A stretch of 64,000 nt of DNA, from assembly GCA_046724655.1 (NCBI GenBank), contig JBKOWY010000018.1, positions 8,863 through 72,862 on the forward strand, written 5' to 3'. A program made the position numbers and the translations under genes. The notes beneath the pieces were generated by a model. The model did no database searches. It was not told the origin of the DNA and saw only the letters and a program-made list of their open reading frames with translations. Source of the stretch: Actinomycetota bacterium (lineage in GTDB: Bacteria; Actinomycetota; Acidimicrobiia; IMCC26256; JACDBD01). Shown piece after piece: positions 19,093-26,255 of the stretch (the first letter of the stretch is position 1; each line of letters starts with the position of its first letter).

Positions 19093-19224
19093 CGGCGGGT
19101 TTGCCGACCGTCATCACAAAGCCGGAGCTTGCGACGGCGACAATCAATCCGCGATGACGGCGGCTTTGCCGACCGTCATCGCAAAGCCGGAGCTTGCGAC
19201 GGCGACAATCAATCAGCGATGACG
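19076..19224 (+). repeat. 65-bp tandem repeat, 2 full copies plus a 19-nt partial third copy
   Basis: Copies at 19076-19140 and 19141-19205 differ at 2 positions, and a partial copy lies at 19206-19224. Each unit contains the hairpin GCGATGACGGCGGC-ttt-GCCGaCCGTCATCGC and a CGATGA stop/start junction. Confidence 0.9.
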
Positions 19225-19745
19225 AGGTTGATCGCGTCGCGTGCCTTGTCCTTGGACGCAGGCGCCAGGAACACCGTGTAGACGCGGCGGCCCTGGAGCA
19301 CCGTGAGCTCGCCGAACGAAACCTTCTCGTCGAGCATGGTCCGCTCGAAATTGTTCGTCTTCGGAAGCCAGTGGGCTCGGTCACCCAGCCTGCGCACGTT
19401 CTCGACCTTCAGCCCGTCGAACTTCGCGTTGGCGCGGGCTCGCATGTACGCCTTCGAGGCTTCGTCGTCTGATGGGAGCTCGCCGACGGAGAAACTGACG
19501 ACGCGCTTGGGGTCCTTCTCGGCGACGTACCCGCAGGTGGATGCCTCCGTGCCGGTGATGTTGGTCTCGCGCCGGACGGACTTCCCGAGAATCTTCTTGG
19601 CGTCCTTCCGGGAGAACAGCTCGCACGCGTTCGGCTGCGCTTGTTGGCCGAGCGCGTCAGCACCACCCACGCTGACGACGCCGCCCAAGCCCACGACGGC
19701 GGCAACCGCGGCGCTCCGGAACCTGCGTTCCATCACGGTGCTCAT
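19209..19745 (-). CDS. secreted hypothetical protein (N-terminal signal-like segment)
   Basis: The sequence RRFRSAAVAAVVGLGGVVSVGGADA is followed by a soluble domain. The ATG overlaps the greA stop (ATGA). The C-terminal VIAD* is encoded by the partial repeat copy. Confidence 0.65.
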   Translation of the reverse strand: MSTVMERRFRSAAVAAVVGLGGVVSVGGADALGQQAQPNACELFSRKDAKKILGKSVRRETNITGTEASTCGYVAEKDPKRVVSFSVGELPSDDEASKAYMRARANAKFDGLKVENVRRLGDRAHWLPKTNNFERTMLDEKVSFGELTVLQGRRVYTVFLAPASKDKARDAINLVIAD

Positions 19746-20212
19746 CCGGCCGGCCGCACGCTCACGACCTCGACCTGGAACGTCCGTCGGGGTGCCTCAT
19801 AGGTGATCACCTCGCCCGGGGAATGGCCGAGGAGTGCCTGTCCCAGCGGAGAACCGGTCGAGAGCACCTCGTAGGTGTCGTGGCGCTCCTCGATCGAGCC
19901 GACCAGATAGGACGTCGTCGCGTCGTCGCCTTCCATGCGGACCTCGACCACGGTGCCCGGCGCGACGACGTCGCCGCGCGGGCCTTCGACTTGCACCGCC
20001 CGGCGCAGCATGTCCTTGATCTGCCGGATGCGAGCTTCGTTGTGCCCCTGGTCGTTCTTGGCCGCGTCGTAGTCGGCGTTCTCGCGGATGTCGCCGTGCT
20101 CGCGAGCGCGCTCGAGCCAGGCGGAGATCTCCTTGCGGTGCACGCCGGAGCGCCAGTCGAGCTCCTCTTCGAGCCGCTGGCGCGCTTCGGGAGAGAGATG
20201 TACCTCGTCCAT
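19742..20212 (-). CDS. greA: transcription elongation factor GreA
   Basis: EISAWLERAREHGDIRENADYDAAKNDQGHNEARIRQIKDML is the GreA N-terminal coiled coil, and the C-terminal domain is present. Confidence 0.95.
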   Translation of the reverse strand: MDEVHLSPEARQRLEEELDWRSGVHRKEISAWLERAREHGDIRENADYDAAKNDQGHNEARIRQIKDMLRRAVQVEGPRGDVVAPGTVVEVRMEGDDATTSYLVGSIEERHDTYEVLSTGSPLGQALLGHSPGEVITYEAPRRTFQVEVVSVRPAG

Positions 20213-20255
20213 GAGGGAGAAATGCTATCGCCGCGGCCGCGGCGCCTCGTCGGCC

Positions 20256-20942
20256 TTAGACCTTGCGGAAGAAGATCTGGAACTCCATCTCGCCTTCGTC
20301 CTTGATGTTCGCTACCACTGGCGAAGTGGGCGCCGTGATCCCGTAGTCGGCGAAGACGACGTGGAGGTTGCCGATGACCTGGATGTCGCGCCCGTCCCAG
20401 CGGCCCTGAACCGGGATCGAGACCTGGCGCGTCACGGCGTGCAACGTGAAGTCGCCCATGGCAGTCGCATTCACGGTTTCGCCCGCCTTGGGCACGGACT
20501 CGAACGCGATCGGCTGGGCGAGCGCGAACTTCGCCTCGGGGTAACGGTTCGACTCGAGGCCGCGATCCTTGATGGCGTTGTCGCGTTGGCTGCGGTCCGA
20601 GGTGAGGGTCCGAAGATCGGCCGTCACACTGACGTCGTGCACGGTCATGCCGGTGATGCTGAAGGAGCCGGTGATATCGCTGGTGCGCCCAGTGGTCGTC
20701 TGTTCGATCGCCCCGCCCACGAGCTGCTCCTGCACCCGGTACCCGACGATGCTGTTCGGGTCACCCGGGCTGACCCGATAGGTGCCGTCGAGGGCCCCGC
20801 CCTCCGAGACGGGCGTCTTCTTGATGGACACCCGAGGCTCGGGGTCGCTCTTCAGGAAGAAGTACCAGCCCGCGAACGCGAGGGCTACGAGAAGGACCAC
20901 CGTGGCGCCGATCGCAATGAGGATCTTGGTGAGCCGTCGCAT
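20256..20942 (-). CDS. YceI-family (polyisoprenoid-binding-like) protein with N-terminal membrane anchor
   Basis: Matching segments are GYRVQEQL..., TGSFSI, LRTLTSDRSQRDNAIKDRGLESNRYPEAKF and MEFQIFF. The start is at ATG 20942, preceded by GGGAGG. The upstream extension of the ORF is rejected. Confidence 0.85.
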   Translation of the reverse strand: MRRLTKILIAIGATVVLLVALAFAGWYFFLKSDPEPRVSIKKTPVSEGGALDGTYRVSPGDPNSIVGYRVQEQLVGGAIEQTTTGRTSDITGSFSITGMTVHDVSVTADLRTLTSDRSQRDNAIKDRGLESNRYPEAKFALAQPIAFESVPKAGETVNATAMGDFTLHAVTRQVSIPVQGRWDGRDIQVIGNLHVVFADYGITAPTSPVVANIKDEGEMEFQIFFRKV

Positions 20943-21027
20943 GGACGCCACCTCCCGGGCGGTCTGGGTCACGCTACGGGATGTATACGGGCGAGGGGCG
21001 TCGGTGGTTCGACTACGCTGACCGCCG

Positions 21028-21060
21028 ATGAAGAGCTCCATCGTCATCGTCATTCGCTAG
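21028..21060 (+). CDS. candidate leader peptide [10 protein letters not shown] (Ile/Val codon run)
   Basis: Read by hand: atg aag agc tcc atc gtc atc gtc att cgc tag. It is followed by hairpin 21062-21081 and terminator 21089-21114, upstream of leuB-ilvE-cimA. Confidence 0.5.
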   Translation: MKSSIVIVIR

Positions 21061-21088
21061 CGGACGCCGACCCCGGCGTTCGCCCTCG

Positions 21089-21119
21089 ACCGTCCACTTC
21101 GGTGGGCGGTTTTTCGTTG
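21089..21119 (+). terminator. intrinsic terminator/attenuator in the leuB leader
   Basis: aCCGTCCAC-ttcg-GTGGGCGGt forms a 9-10 bp stem followed by TTTTTCGTTG, and GTG 21143 lies 24 nt downstream. The segment cgccc (21081-21085) can alternatively pair with gggcg (21104-21108). Confidence 0.6.
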
Positions 21120-21142
21120 TCAGGAAGGGACCAGAAATCACC

Positions 21143-22135
21143 GTGACCCACCGGATCGGGATTATCGGCGGTGACGGCATCGGCCCCGAGGTCGTGGCCG
21201 AGGCGCTGAAGGTCGTCGACGCGACCGGCGTCGCCTACGACGCCGTCCCGTTCGACCTCGGGGGCGCCCGCTACCTGCGCACGGGCGAGGTGCTGCCCGA
21301 CGCCGAGCTCGCCGAGATCGGCGGGCTCGACGCGGTGCTGCTCGGCGCGGTGGGAACGCCCGACGTCCCGCCCGGCGTCCTCGAACGGGGCCTGTTGCTC
21401 CGGCTGCGCTTCGAGCTCGATCTGTACGTCAACCTGCGGCCGTTCAAGGCCGGGCCCAGCGCGCTCAACGGTGGAGTCGACTGTGTGGTCGTGCGCGAGA
21501 ACACCGAAGGCGTCTACGCCGGCGAGGGTGGGTTCCTGCGCAAGGGCACGCCGCACGAGGTCGCCACGCAGGGCTCGGCGAACACCCGCCTCGGCGTCGA
21601 GCGCTGCGTGCGGTTCGCGTTCGACCTCGCACGGTCACGCGCACGTCACCACGTGACCCTCGTCCACAAGACGAACGTCCTGACGTTCGCCGGCGACCTC
21701 TGGCAGCGCACGTTCGACGCGGTCGCGAGCGAATACACCGACGTGCAGACCGGCTACCACCACGTCGACGCCGCCTGCATCCATCTCGTCCAAGATCCCG
21801 GCCGCTACGACGTGATCGTCACCGACAACCTCTTCGGCGACATCCTCACCGACCTCGCCGGTGCCGTCTCGGGCGGCATCGGCCGGGCCGCCTCCGCCAA
21901 CCTCAATCCCGCCCGGACCGGGCCGTCGCTGTTCGAGCCCGTACACGGATCTGCGCCCGACATCGCAGAAACCGGGCAGGCCGATCCCCGGGCTGCGATC
22001 ATCTCCGTAGCCATGCTGCTGGACTTCCTGGGAGAGACCGAGGCGGCCGCCCGGGTCGAGAAGGCTGTGTCCGCCTCCGACGACGTGGCCGGGACCACGT
22101 CGGGGATCGGCGACGCGATCGCAGAAAGGGTGTAA
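21143..22135 (+). CDS. leuB: 3-isopropylmalate dehydrogenase
   Basis: [24 protein letters not shown] and [11 protein letters not shown] are typical of the isocitrate/isopropylmalate dehydrogenase family. Confidence 0.93.
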   Translation: MTHRIGIIGGDGIGPEVVAEALKVVDATGVAYDAVPFDLGGARYLRTGEVLPDAELAEIGGLDAVLLGAVGTPDVPPGVLERGLLLRLRFELDLYVNLRPFKAGPSALNGGVDCVVVRENTEGVYAGEGGFLRKGTPHEVATQGSANTRLGVERCVRFAFDLARSRARHHVTLVHKTNVLTFAGDLWQRTFDAVASEYTDVQTGYHHVDAACIHLVQDPGRYDVIVTDNLFGDILTDLAGAVSGGIGRAASANLNPARTGPSLFEPVHGSAPDIAETGQADPRAAIISVAMLLDFLGETEAAARVEKAVSASDDVAGTTSGIGDAIAERV

Positions 22136-22138
22136 CGG

Positions 22139-23059
22139 ATGCCCATCGAGAAGACGGCGAAGATCTGGATGGACGGCAAGCTCGTCGACTGGGACGACGC
22201 CAACATCCACGTCCTCACCCACTCGCTGCACTACGGGTCGGGCGTGTTCGAAGGCATCCGCGCCTACCCGACCGCGAACGGACCGGCCGTGTTCCGGCTC
22301 ACCGATCACATGCGGCGGCTCGGCCAGTCGGCGCACCTCTTCCTCATGGACCTGCCGTACTCCATCGACGAGCTCGTCGAGGCGACAAAGGAGACGATCC
22401 GGGTCAACGACGTCGAGTCGTGCTACATCCGGCCGATCGCCTACCTCGGGTACGGCGAGATGGGCCTCAACCCGCTTCCGTGCCCTGTCAACGTGTCGAT
22501 CGCGGTGTGGCCGTGGGGCACATACCTCGGTGACGAGGGGATCAAGCACGGCGTGCGCATGAAGGTGTCGTCGTGGCGTCGCATGGACCCGAACGTCAAC
22601 CCCGTGGCCGCCAAGGGCACCGGCATCTACATCAACTCGAGCCTGGCGAAGGTCGAAGCGCTCAAGTCGGGCTACGACGAGGCGATCCTGCTCAACACGC
22701 ACGGCTTCGTCGCCGAGTGCACGGGCGAGAACGTTTTCGTGGTCAGCGACGGCGTGCTCATCACGCCGCCGCTGTCGTCCGGCGCGCTCGAGGGCATCAC
22801 GCGCGACTCGGTGATGACGATCGCCCGCGACTTGGGCTACGAGGTGCGCGAGGAGAACCTGCTCCGCACCGATCTCTACTGCGCCGACGAGGCCTTCCTC
22901 ACCGGCACGGCGGCCGAGATCGTCCCGATGCGCTCGGTCGACGACCGTGAGATCGGCGAGCCCGGCGAGGTCACCCGCAAGATCCAGGAGACGTACTTCG
23001 CCACCGTCCACGGCGAGGTGCCGCAATACAAGGAATGGTTGGACTATGTCCGCGAGTGA
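22139..23059 (+). CDS. ilvE: branched-chain amino acid aminotransferase
   Basis: Matching segments are KIWMDGKLVDWDDANIHVLTHSLHYGSGVFEGIRAY, AKGTGIYINSSLAK and EGITRDSV. Confidence 0.95.
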   Translation: MPIEKTAKIWMDGKLVDWDDANIHVLTHSLHYGSGVFEGIRAYPTANGPAVFRLTDHMRRLGQSAHLFLMDLPYSIDELVEATKETIRVNDVESCYIRPIAYLGYGEMGLNPLPCPVNVSIAVWPWGTYLGDEGIKHGVRMKVSSWRRMDPNVNPVAAKGTGIYINSSLAKVEALKSGYDEAILLNTHGFVAECTGENVFVVSDGVLITPPLSSGALEGITRDSVMTIARDLGYEVREENLLRTDLYCADEAFLTGTAAEIVPMRSVDDREIGEPGEVTRKIQETYFATVHGEVPQYKEWLDYVRE

Positions 23060-24635
23060 AATACCGACGAGCGTCGAGATCTACGACACGACGCTGCGGG
23101 ACGGCGCGCAGCTCGAGGGCATCTCGCTCACCGTCGACGACAAGCTCCGCATCGCCGAGCAGCTCGACATGCTGGGTGTCCACTACATCGAGGCAGGCTG
23201 GCCGGGCGCCAATCCCAAGGACGATGAGGCGTTCCGCCGCATCCCGCGCGAGCTGAAGCTCGAGAGGAGCAAGGTCGTCGCGTTCGGCTCGACCCGCCGC
23301 GTCAAGGGCAAGGTCGACTCGGACGACACGCTGCGCCAACTCCTCGAGGCCGGCACCGAGGCCGTGTGCATCGTCGGCAAGTCCTGGGACTACCACGTCA
23401 CTGAGGCGCTCCAGACCACGCTCGACGAGGGCGCGGCGATGGTCGCCGACTCGGTCGAGTTCCTCCGCGACCACGGCCGCCAGGTGCTCTTTGACGCCGA
23501 GCACTTCTTCGACGGCTACCGCGGCAACCCCGAGTTCGCGTTGCGGGTGCTCGAGGGGGCGGCACAGGCCGGCGCGTCACATCTCGTGTTGTGCGACACC
23601 AACGGTGGGACGCTCCCGCACGACATCGAGCGGGTCGTGCGCGAGGTCGTCCAGTACTTCGGCGGCGACGTTGCCGTCGCCGTCCACCTGCACGACGATG
23701 CCGGCACCGGCGTCGCCAACGCCCTCGCGGGAGTCCGGGGTGGCGCCACGCAGGTCCAGGGGACAATCAACGGCTACGGCGAACGCACCGGGAACTGCAA
23801 CCTCACCGCGATCATCCCGAACCTCACGCTGAAGATGGGCATCGAGACGATCCCGCCCGACCGTCTCGAGCGGCTCACCCCCGTGGCCCACCACGTGGCG
23901 GAGCTCGTGAACATGGCGCTGAACCCGCAGGCCGCTTACGTCGGCGAGTCGGCTTTCGCGCACAAGGCCGGGCTCCATACGAGCGCGCTTCGAAAGCGAC
24001 CGGACGCTTATGAGCACGTCTCTCCGGGGGCCATCGGCAATCACACCCGCGTGCTGGTCTCGGAGCTCGCCGGCGGAAGCACCATCGGACTCAAAGCGAA
24101 GGAATTCGGGATCGACCTCGATCAGCCCACACTGGGCGAGGTCGCCCAACGGGTGAAGGAGCTCGAACACGAGGGCTACCACTTCGAGGCAGCCGACGCA
24201 TCGCTCGAATTGCTCATGCGAAGGATGTCCGGGTGGCAACAGGAGTGGTTCCACGTCGGCTCGTGGGAGGTCATCGCTGAACAACAGTCCGACGACGTCT
24301 CGACGCGAGCGATCGTCGTCGGCGAAGCGGGCAGACAATCCTTTGACGAGACCGCTCGTGGGAACGGGCCGGTGAACGCCCTCGACAAGGCGCTTCGGAA
24401 GGCACTCAACGGCCGTTACGAGGCGCTGGATCACGTTCATCTCACTGACTACAAGGTGCGGATCCTCGACAGCCACAAGGGCACGGGCGCCGTCACGCGG
24501 GTGCTCATCGACTCCACGGATGGCGACGCGACGTGGACGACCATCGGCGTGGGCGAGAACATCATCGAGGCGTCGTGGCAGGCGCTCGAGGACTCCCTCG
24601 TCTACGGCTTGCTGCGCGCCGAGCTGCGCAAGTAA
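23046..24635 (+). CDS. cimA: LeuA-family synthase of the citramalate synthase (CimA) type
   Basis: IYDTTLRDGAQLEGISLTVDDKLRIAEQLDMLGVHYIEAGWPGANPKD and HLHDDAGTGVANALAG match the roughly 530-aa CimA-like branch rather than the leuA at 6700. The start ATG 23046 overlaps the ilvE end by 14 nt. Confidence 0.8.
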   Translation: MSASEIPTSVEIYDTTLRDGAQLEGISLTVDDKLRIAEQLDMLGVHYIEAGWPGANPKDDEAFRRIPRELKLERSKVVAFGSTRRVKGKVDSDDTLRQLLEAGTEAVCIVGKSWDYHVTEALQTTLDEGAAMVADSVEFLRDHGRQVLFDAEHFFDGYRGNPEFALRVLEGAAQAGASHLVLCDTNGGTLPHDIERVVREVVQYFGGDVAVAVHLHDDAGTGVANALAGVRGGATQVQGTINGYGERTGNCNLTAIIPNLTLKMGIETIPPDRLERLTPVAHHVAELVNMALNPQAAYVGESAFAHKAGLHTSALRKRPDAYEHVSPGAIGNHTRVLVSELAGGSTIGLKAKEFGIDLDQPTLGEVAQRVKELEHEGYHFEAADASLELLMRRMSGWQQEWFHVGSWEVIAEQQSDDVSTRAIVVGEAGRQSFDETARGNGPVNALDKALRKALNGRYEALDHVHLTDYKVRILDSHKGTGAVTRVLIDSTDGDATWTTIGVGENIIEASWQALEDSLVYGLLRAELRK

Positions 24636-24644
24636 AGACCGCAC

Positions 24645-25187
24645 ATGCCGACCGATCCCTTCGTCCCCGAGCGGCTGGAAGAGGAGCCGCGCCAGGAGCC
24701 CAATCTCCCGCCGGGTGTGAAGATGCCGGCGCCGCGGCGATGGTTCGCCAACCGCCCCGGTGACATCCCTGCGGGGTGGCCCTCGGGGAAGCTGCTCGGC
24801 TCGCCGGGCCCGAACATCGGGTACGCGCTGACCCTGGCGAATCGGGTGCGCGACCGGTTCGAGCTGGCGCCGCACGAGGATCTCGACGATGCCGTCGCCG
24901 TCGTGGCTGAGATCGCCATGCGGCGCGCCGCGATCTTCGGCCGGGCGCCGGTGATCACCGACGTCGAGTTCGGCATGCAGAGCATGGGGTACAACGGCGC
25001 CGACCCCGACTTCGTCGCCTGGCGCAAACGCGCCGTGCACGGCGCCGAGCACAACTACTACGAGCGCCGCGCGCTGGTCGACGCCATCCCGGTCGACATC
25101 CTCCGCCTCGTCCCCTCCGCCCTCCCAGCCCACCTCGACGAGGCGCGCCAGTCTCTGCGCTCGGTCGGTCGGGGTCCGGTGGAGTGA
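24645..25187 (+). CDS. conserved-looking hypothetical protein
   Basis: The 180-aa ORF has a normal composition and high GC3. No family is recognised. Confidence 0.6.
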   Translation: MPTDPFVPERLEEEPRQEPNLPPGVKMPAPRRWFANRPGDIPAGWPSGKLLGSPGPNIGYALTLANRVRDRFELAPHEDLDDAVAVVAEIAMRRAAIFGRAPVITDVEFGMQSMGYNGADPDFVAWRKRAVHGAEHNYYERRALVDAIPVDILRLVPSALPAHLDEARQSLRSVGRGPVE

Positions 25188-25188
25188 C

Positions 25189-25231
25189 GATGCGCTCCTG
25201 AACTTCGCTAGGCGAAGTTCAGGAGCGCATC
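25189..25231. repeat. perfect palindromic hairpin (20-bp arms, 3-nt loop), copy L
   Basis: GATGCGCTCCTGAACTTCGC-tag-GCGAAGTTCAGGAGCGCATC. It starts 2 nt after the stop of the 24645 gene and overlaps the stop of the DUF559 gene. Confidence 0.9.
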
Positions 25232-26177
25232 ATGCAGGACAGCGGATCACGTCCCGGATATCACGGGCGACGCCGTCCGGACTGGTGCGCACGTCGTCCC
25301 AATGGAATCGCAACGGACGGAGTCCCAGGGCGACGAGGCGACGGTCCCTGCGAGCATCGTGCTTTCGCGGCGAACGGCCGGCATGGCGCTCCTCGCCGTC
25401 CAACTCGATGACCACCCCGAATTCCGGGTAGGCGAAGTCGACGCGGGCCACGAACTCGTTGCCGTTGAACACCTCGTACTGGGCGACCGGCTCGGGCAGA
25501 CCGGCGCGACGCAGCAGCTGGCGGAACCTGGTCTCGAGGATGCTGCCCACTGGTCGTTGACCGGCGGCCTTGCGATCGAGCACCGCACGAACGACCCGAC
25601 CACCAGGGCGGAGAATCCCGCCGAGTTCTTCCCACCGACGCCACGCGGCGGTCGTCGAGAACCACCCCCGTCGAAGCCCGTCGTCGAGAAGCTCTTCGAG
25701 GCGGTCGACGCCGACCACCACGCCAAGGTCGAGGAGTGTTCGAAGGGGCCTCGTCGCCGGTATCCCCTCGATCTCGGTGACGTCCCTGGCGTCGAGACGC
25801 TGCGACTCGTGCCACAGGACGTCGGCTCGTCGATAACGTCGGCGATGCCTGAACGCAGTCACCTCGACGACGCCTTCCCCACAGTCGACCAAACCCAACA
25901 GCGCTGCGGCCGCTCGGTGTGAGGCAACCGCGGGACCGGCGAGACACGCGGCCATGAGCCGCTGCCGCCAGGTCGGCGGTGCGCCCGCGACGCGGTACAC
26001 CCCGTAGTCGACGGGCTCCCACTCGCCGTTATTCACACGACGGTCGATGGCGCTGTGATGTATCCCGGCCTCGATGGCTTGCGTACGGCTGAACACGCCG
26101 TGCTGCCGTTCGGAGAGACGGGTGATCGATGCGCGAGTTCCCACGCGCCGCATCAAAGCACCCGGGTACGACAGCAT
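25230..26177 (-). CDS. DUF559 (Vsr-like endonuclease fold) protein with AbiEi-like N-terminal wHTH
   Basis: The N-terminus reads LSERQHGVFSRTQAIEAGIHHSAIDRRVNNGEWEPVDYGVYRV. The C-terminus reads ARVDFAYPEFGVVIELDGEERHAGRSPRKHDARRDRRLVALGLRPLRFHWDDV. The start is ATG 26177 or 26153. Confidence 0.8.
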   Translation of the reverse strand: MLSYPGALMRRVGTRASITRLSERQHGVFSRTQAIEAGIHHSAIDRRVNNGEWEPVDYGVYRVAGAPPTWRQRLMAACLAGPAVASHRAAAALLGLVDCGEGVVEVTAFRHRRRYRRADVLWHESQRLDARDVTEIEGIPATRPLRTLLDLGVVVGVDRLEELLDDGLRRGWFSTTAAWRRWEELGGILRPGGRVVRAVLDRKAAGQRPVGSILETRFRQLLRRAGLPEPVAQYEVFNGNEFVARVDFAYPEFGVVIELDGEERHAGRSPRKHDARRDRRLVALGLRPLRFHWDDVRTSPDGVARDIRDVIRCPA

Positions 26178-26182
26178 CGTCG

Positions 26183-26223
26183 GTGCGTCCCTCAGCTTCG
26201 TATACCGAAGTTGAGGAGCGCAT
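26183..26223. repeat. degenerate copy R of the 25189-25231 hairpin element
   Basis: gtgcgtccctcagcttcg-tata-CCGAAGTTGAGGAGCGCAT. The right arm matches the right arm of copy L at 17 of 20 positions. The left arm is about 14/18 complementary. Confidence 0.6.
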
Positions 26224-26229
26224 AGGAGA

Positions 26230-26251
26230 AACCTGACTACCATGTCAGGTT
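26230..26251. promoter_or_regulatory. palindrome AACCTGAC-taccat-GTCAGGTT just upstream of the decayed acyl-CoA dehydrogenase
   Basis: Read directly from the sequence. A related half-conserved site, AACCTGAC-tggccg-GTCAAGAC, lies at 61487-61508 upstream of the intact acyl-CoA dehydrogenase. Confidence 0.4.
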
Positions 26252-26255
26252 AGGC

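Larger units (their letters stand above)
25189..26223 (-). mobile_element. possible hairpin-bounded DUF559 gene cassette (hypothesis)
   Basis: A single DUF559-type ORF is bracketed by two copies of the same palindromic element: L at 25189-25231 and R at 26183-26223. The neighbouring gene is decayed. Confidence 0.3.

Noticed and set aside
19076-19224. The tandem repeat as a possible CRISPR array.
   Set aside because: The units are directly contiguous with no spacers. There are only 2.3 copies of 65 bp, and no cas genes are in the window.
20943-21053. N-terminal extension of the YceI ORF ([11 protein letters not shown]...).
   Set aside because: GGGAGG sits 8 nt before ATG 20942, which starts directly at the membrane anchor. 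The extension is just the reverse complement of the IVIVI leader-peptide codons.
22947-23045. 5' extensions of track ORFs that overlap upstream genes: 22947, 28488, 33244, 40440, 42461, 45905, 62588, and also 3178, 6622 and 38350.
   Set aside because: The extensions are Arg/Pro-rich, overlap recognisable upstream genes, and internal starts coincide with conserved protein N-termini, RBS-like sequences or stop/start overlaps.
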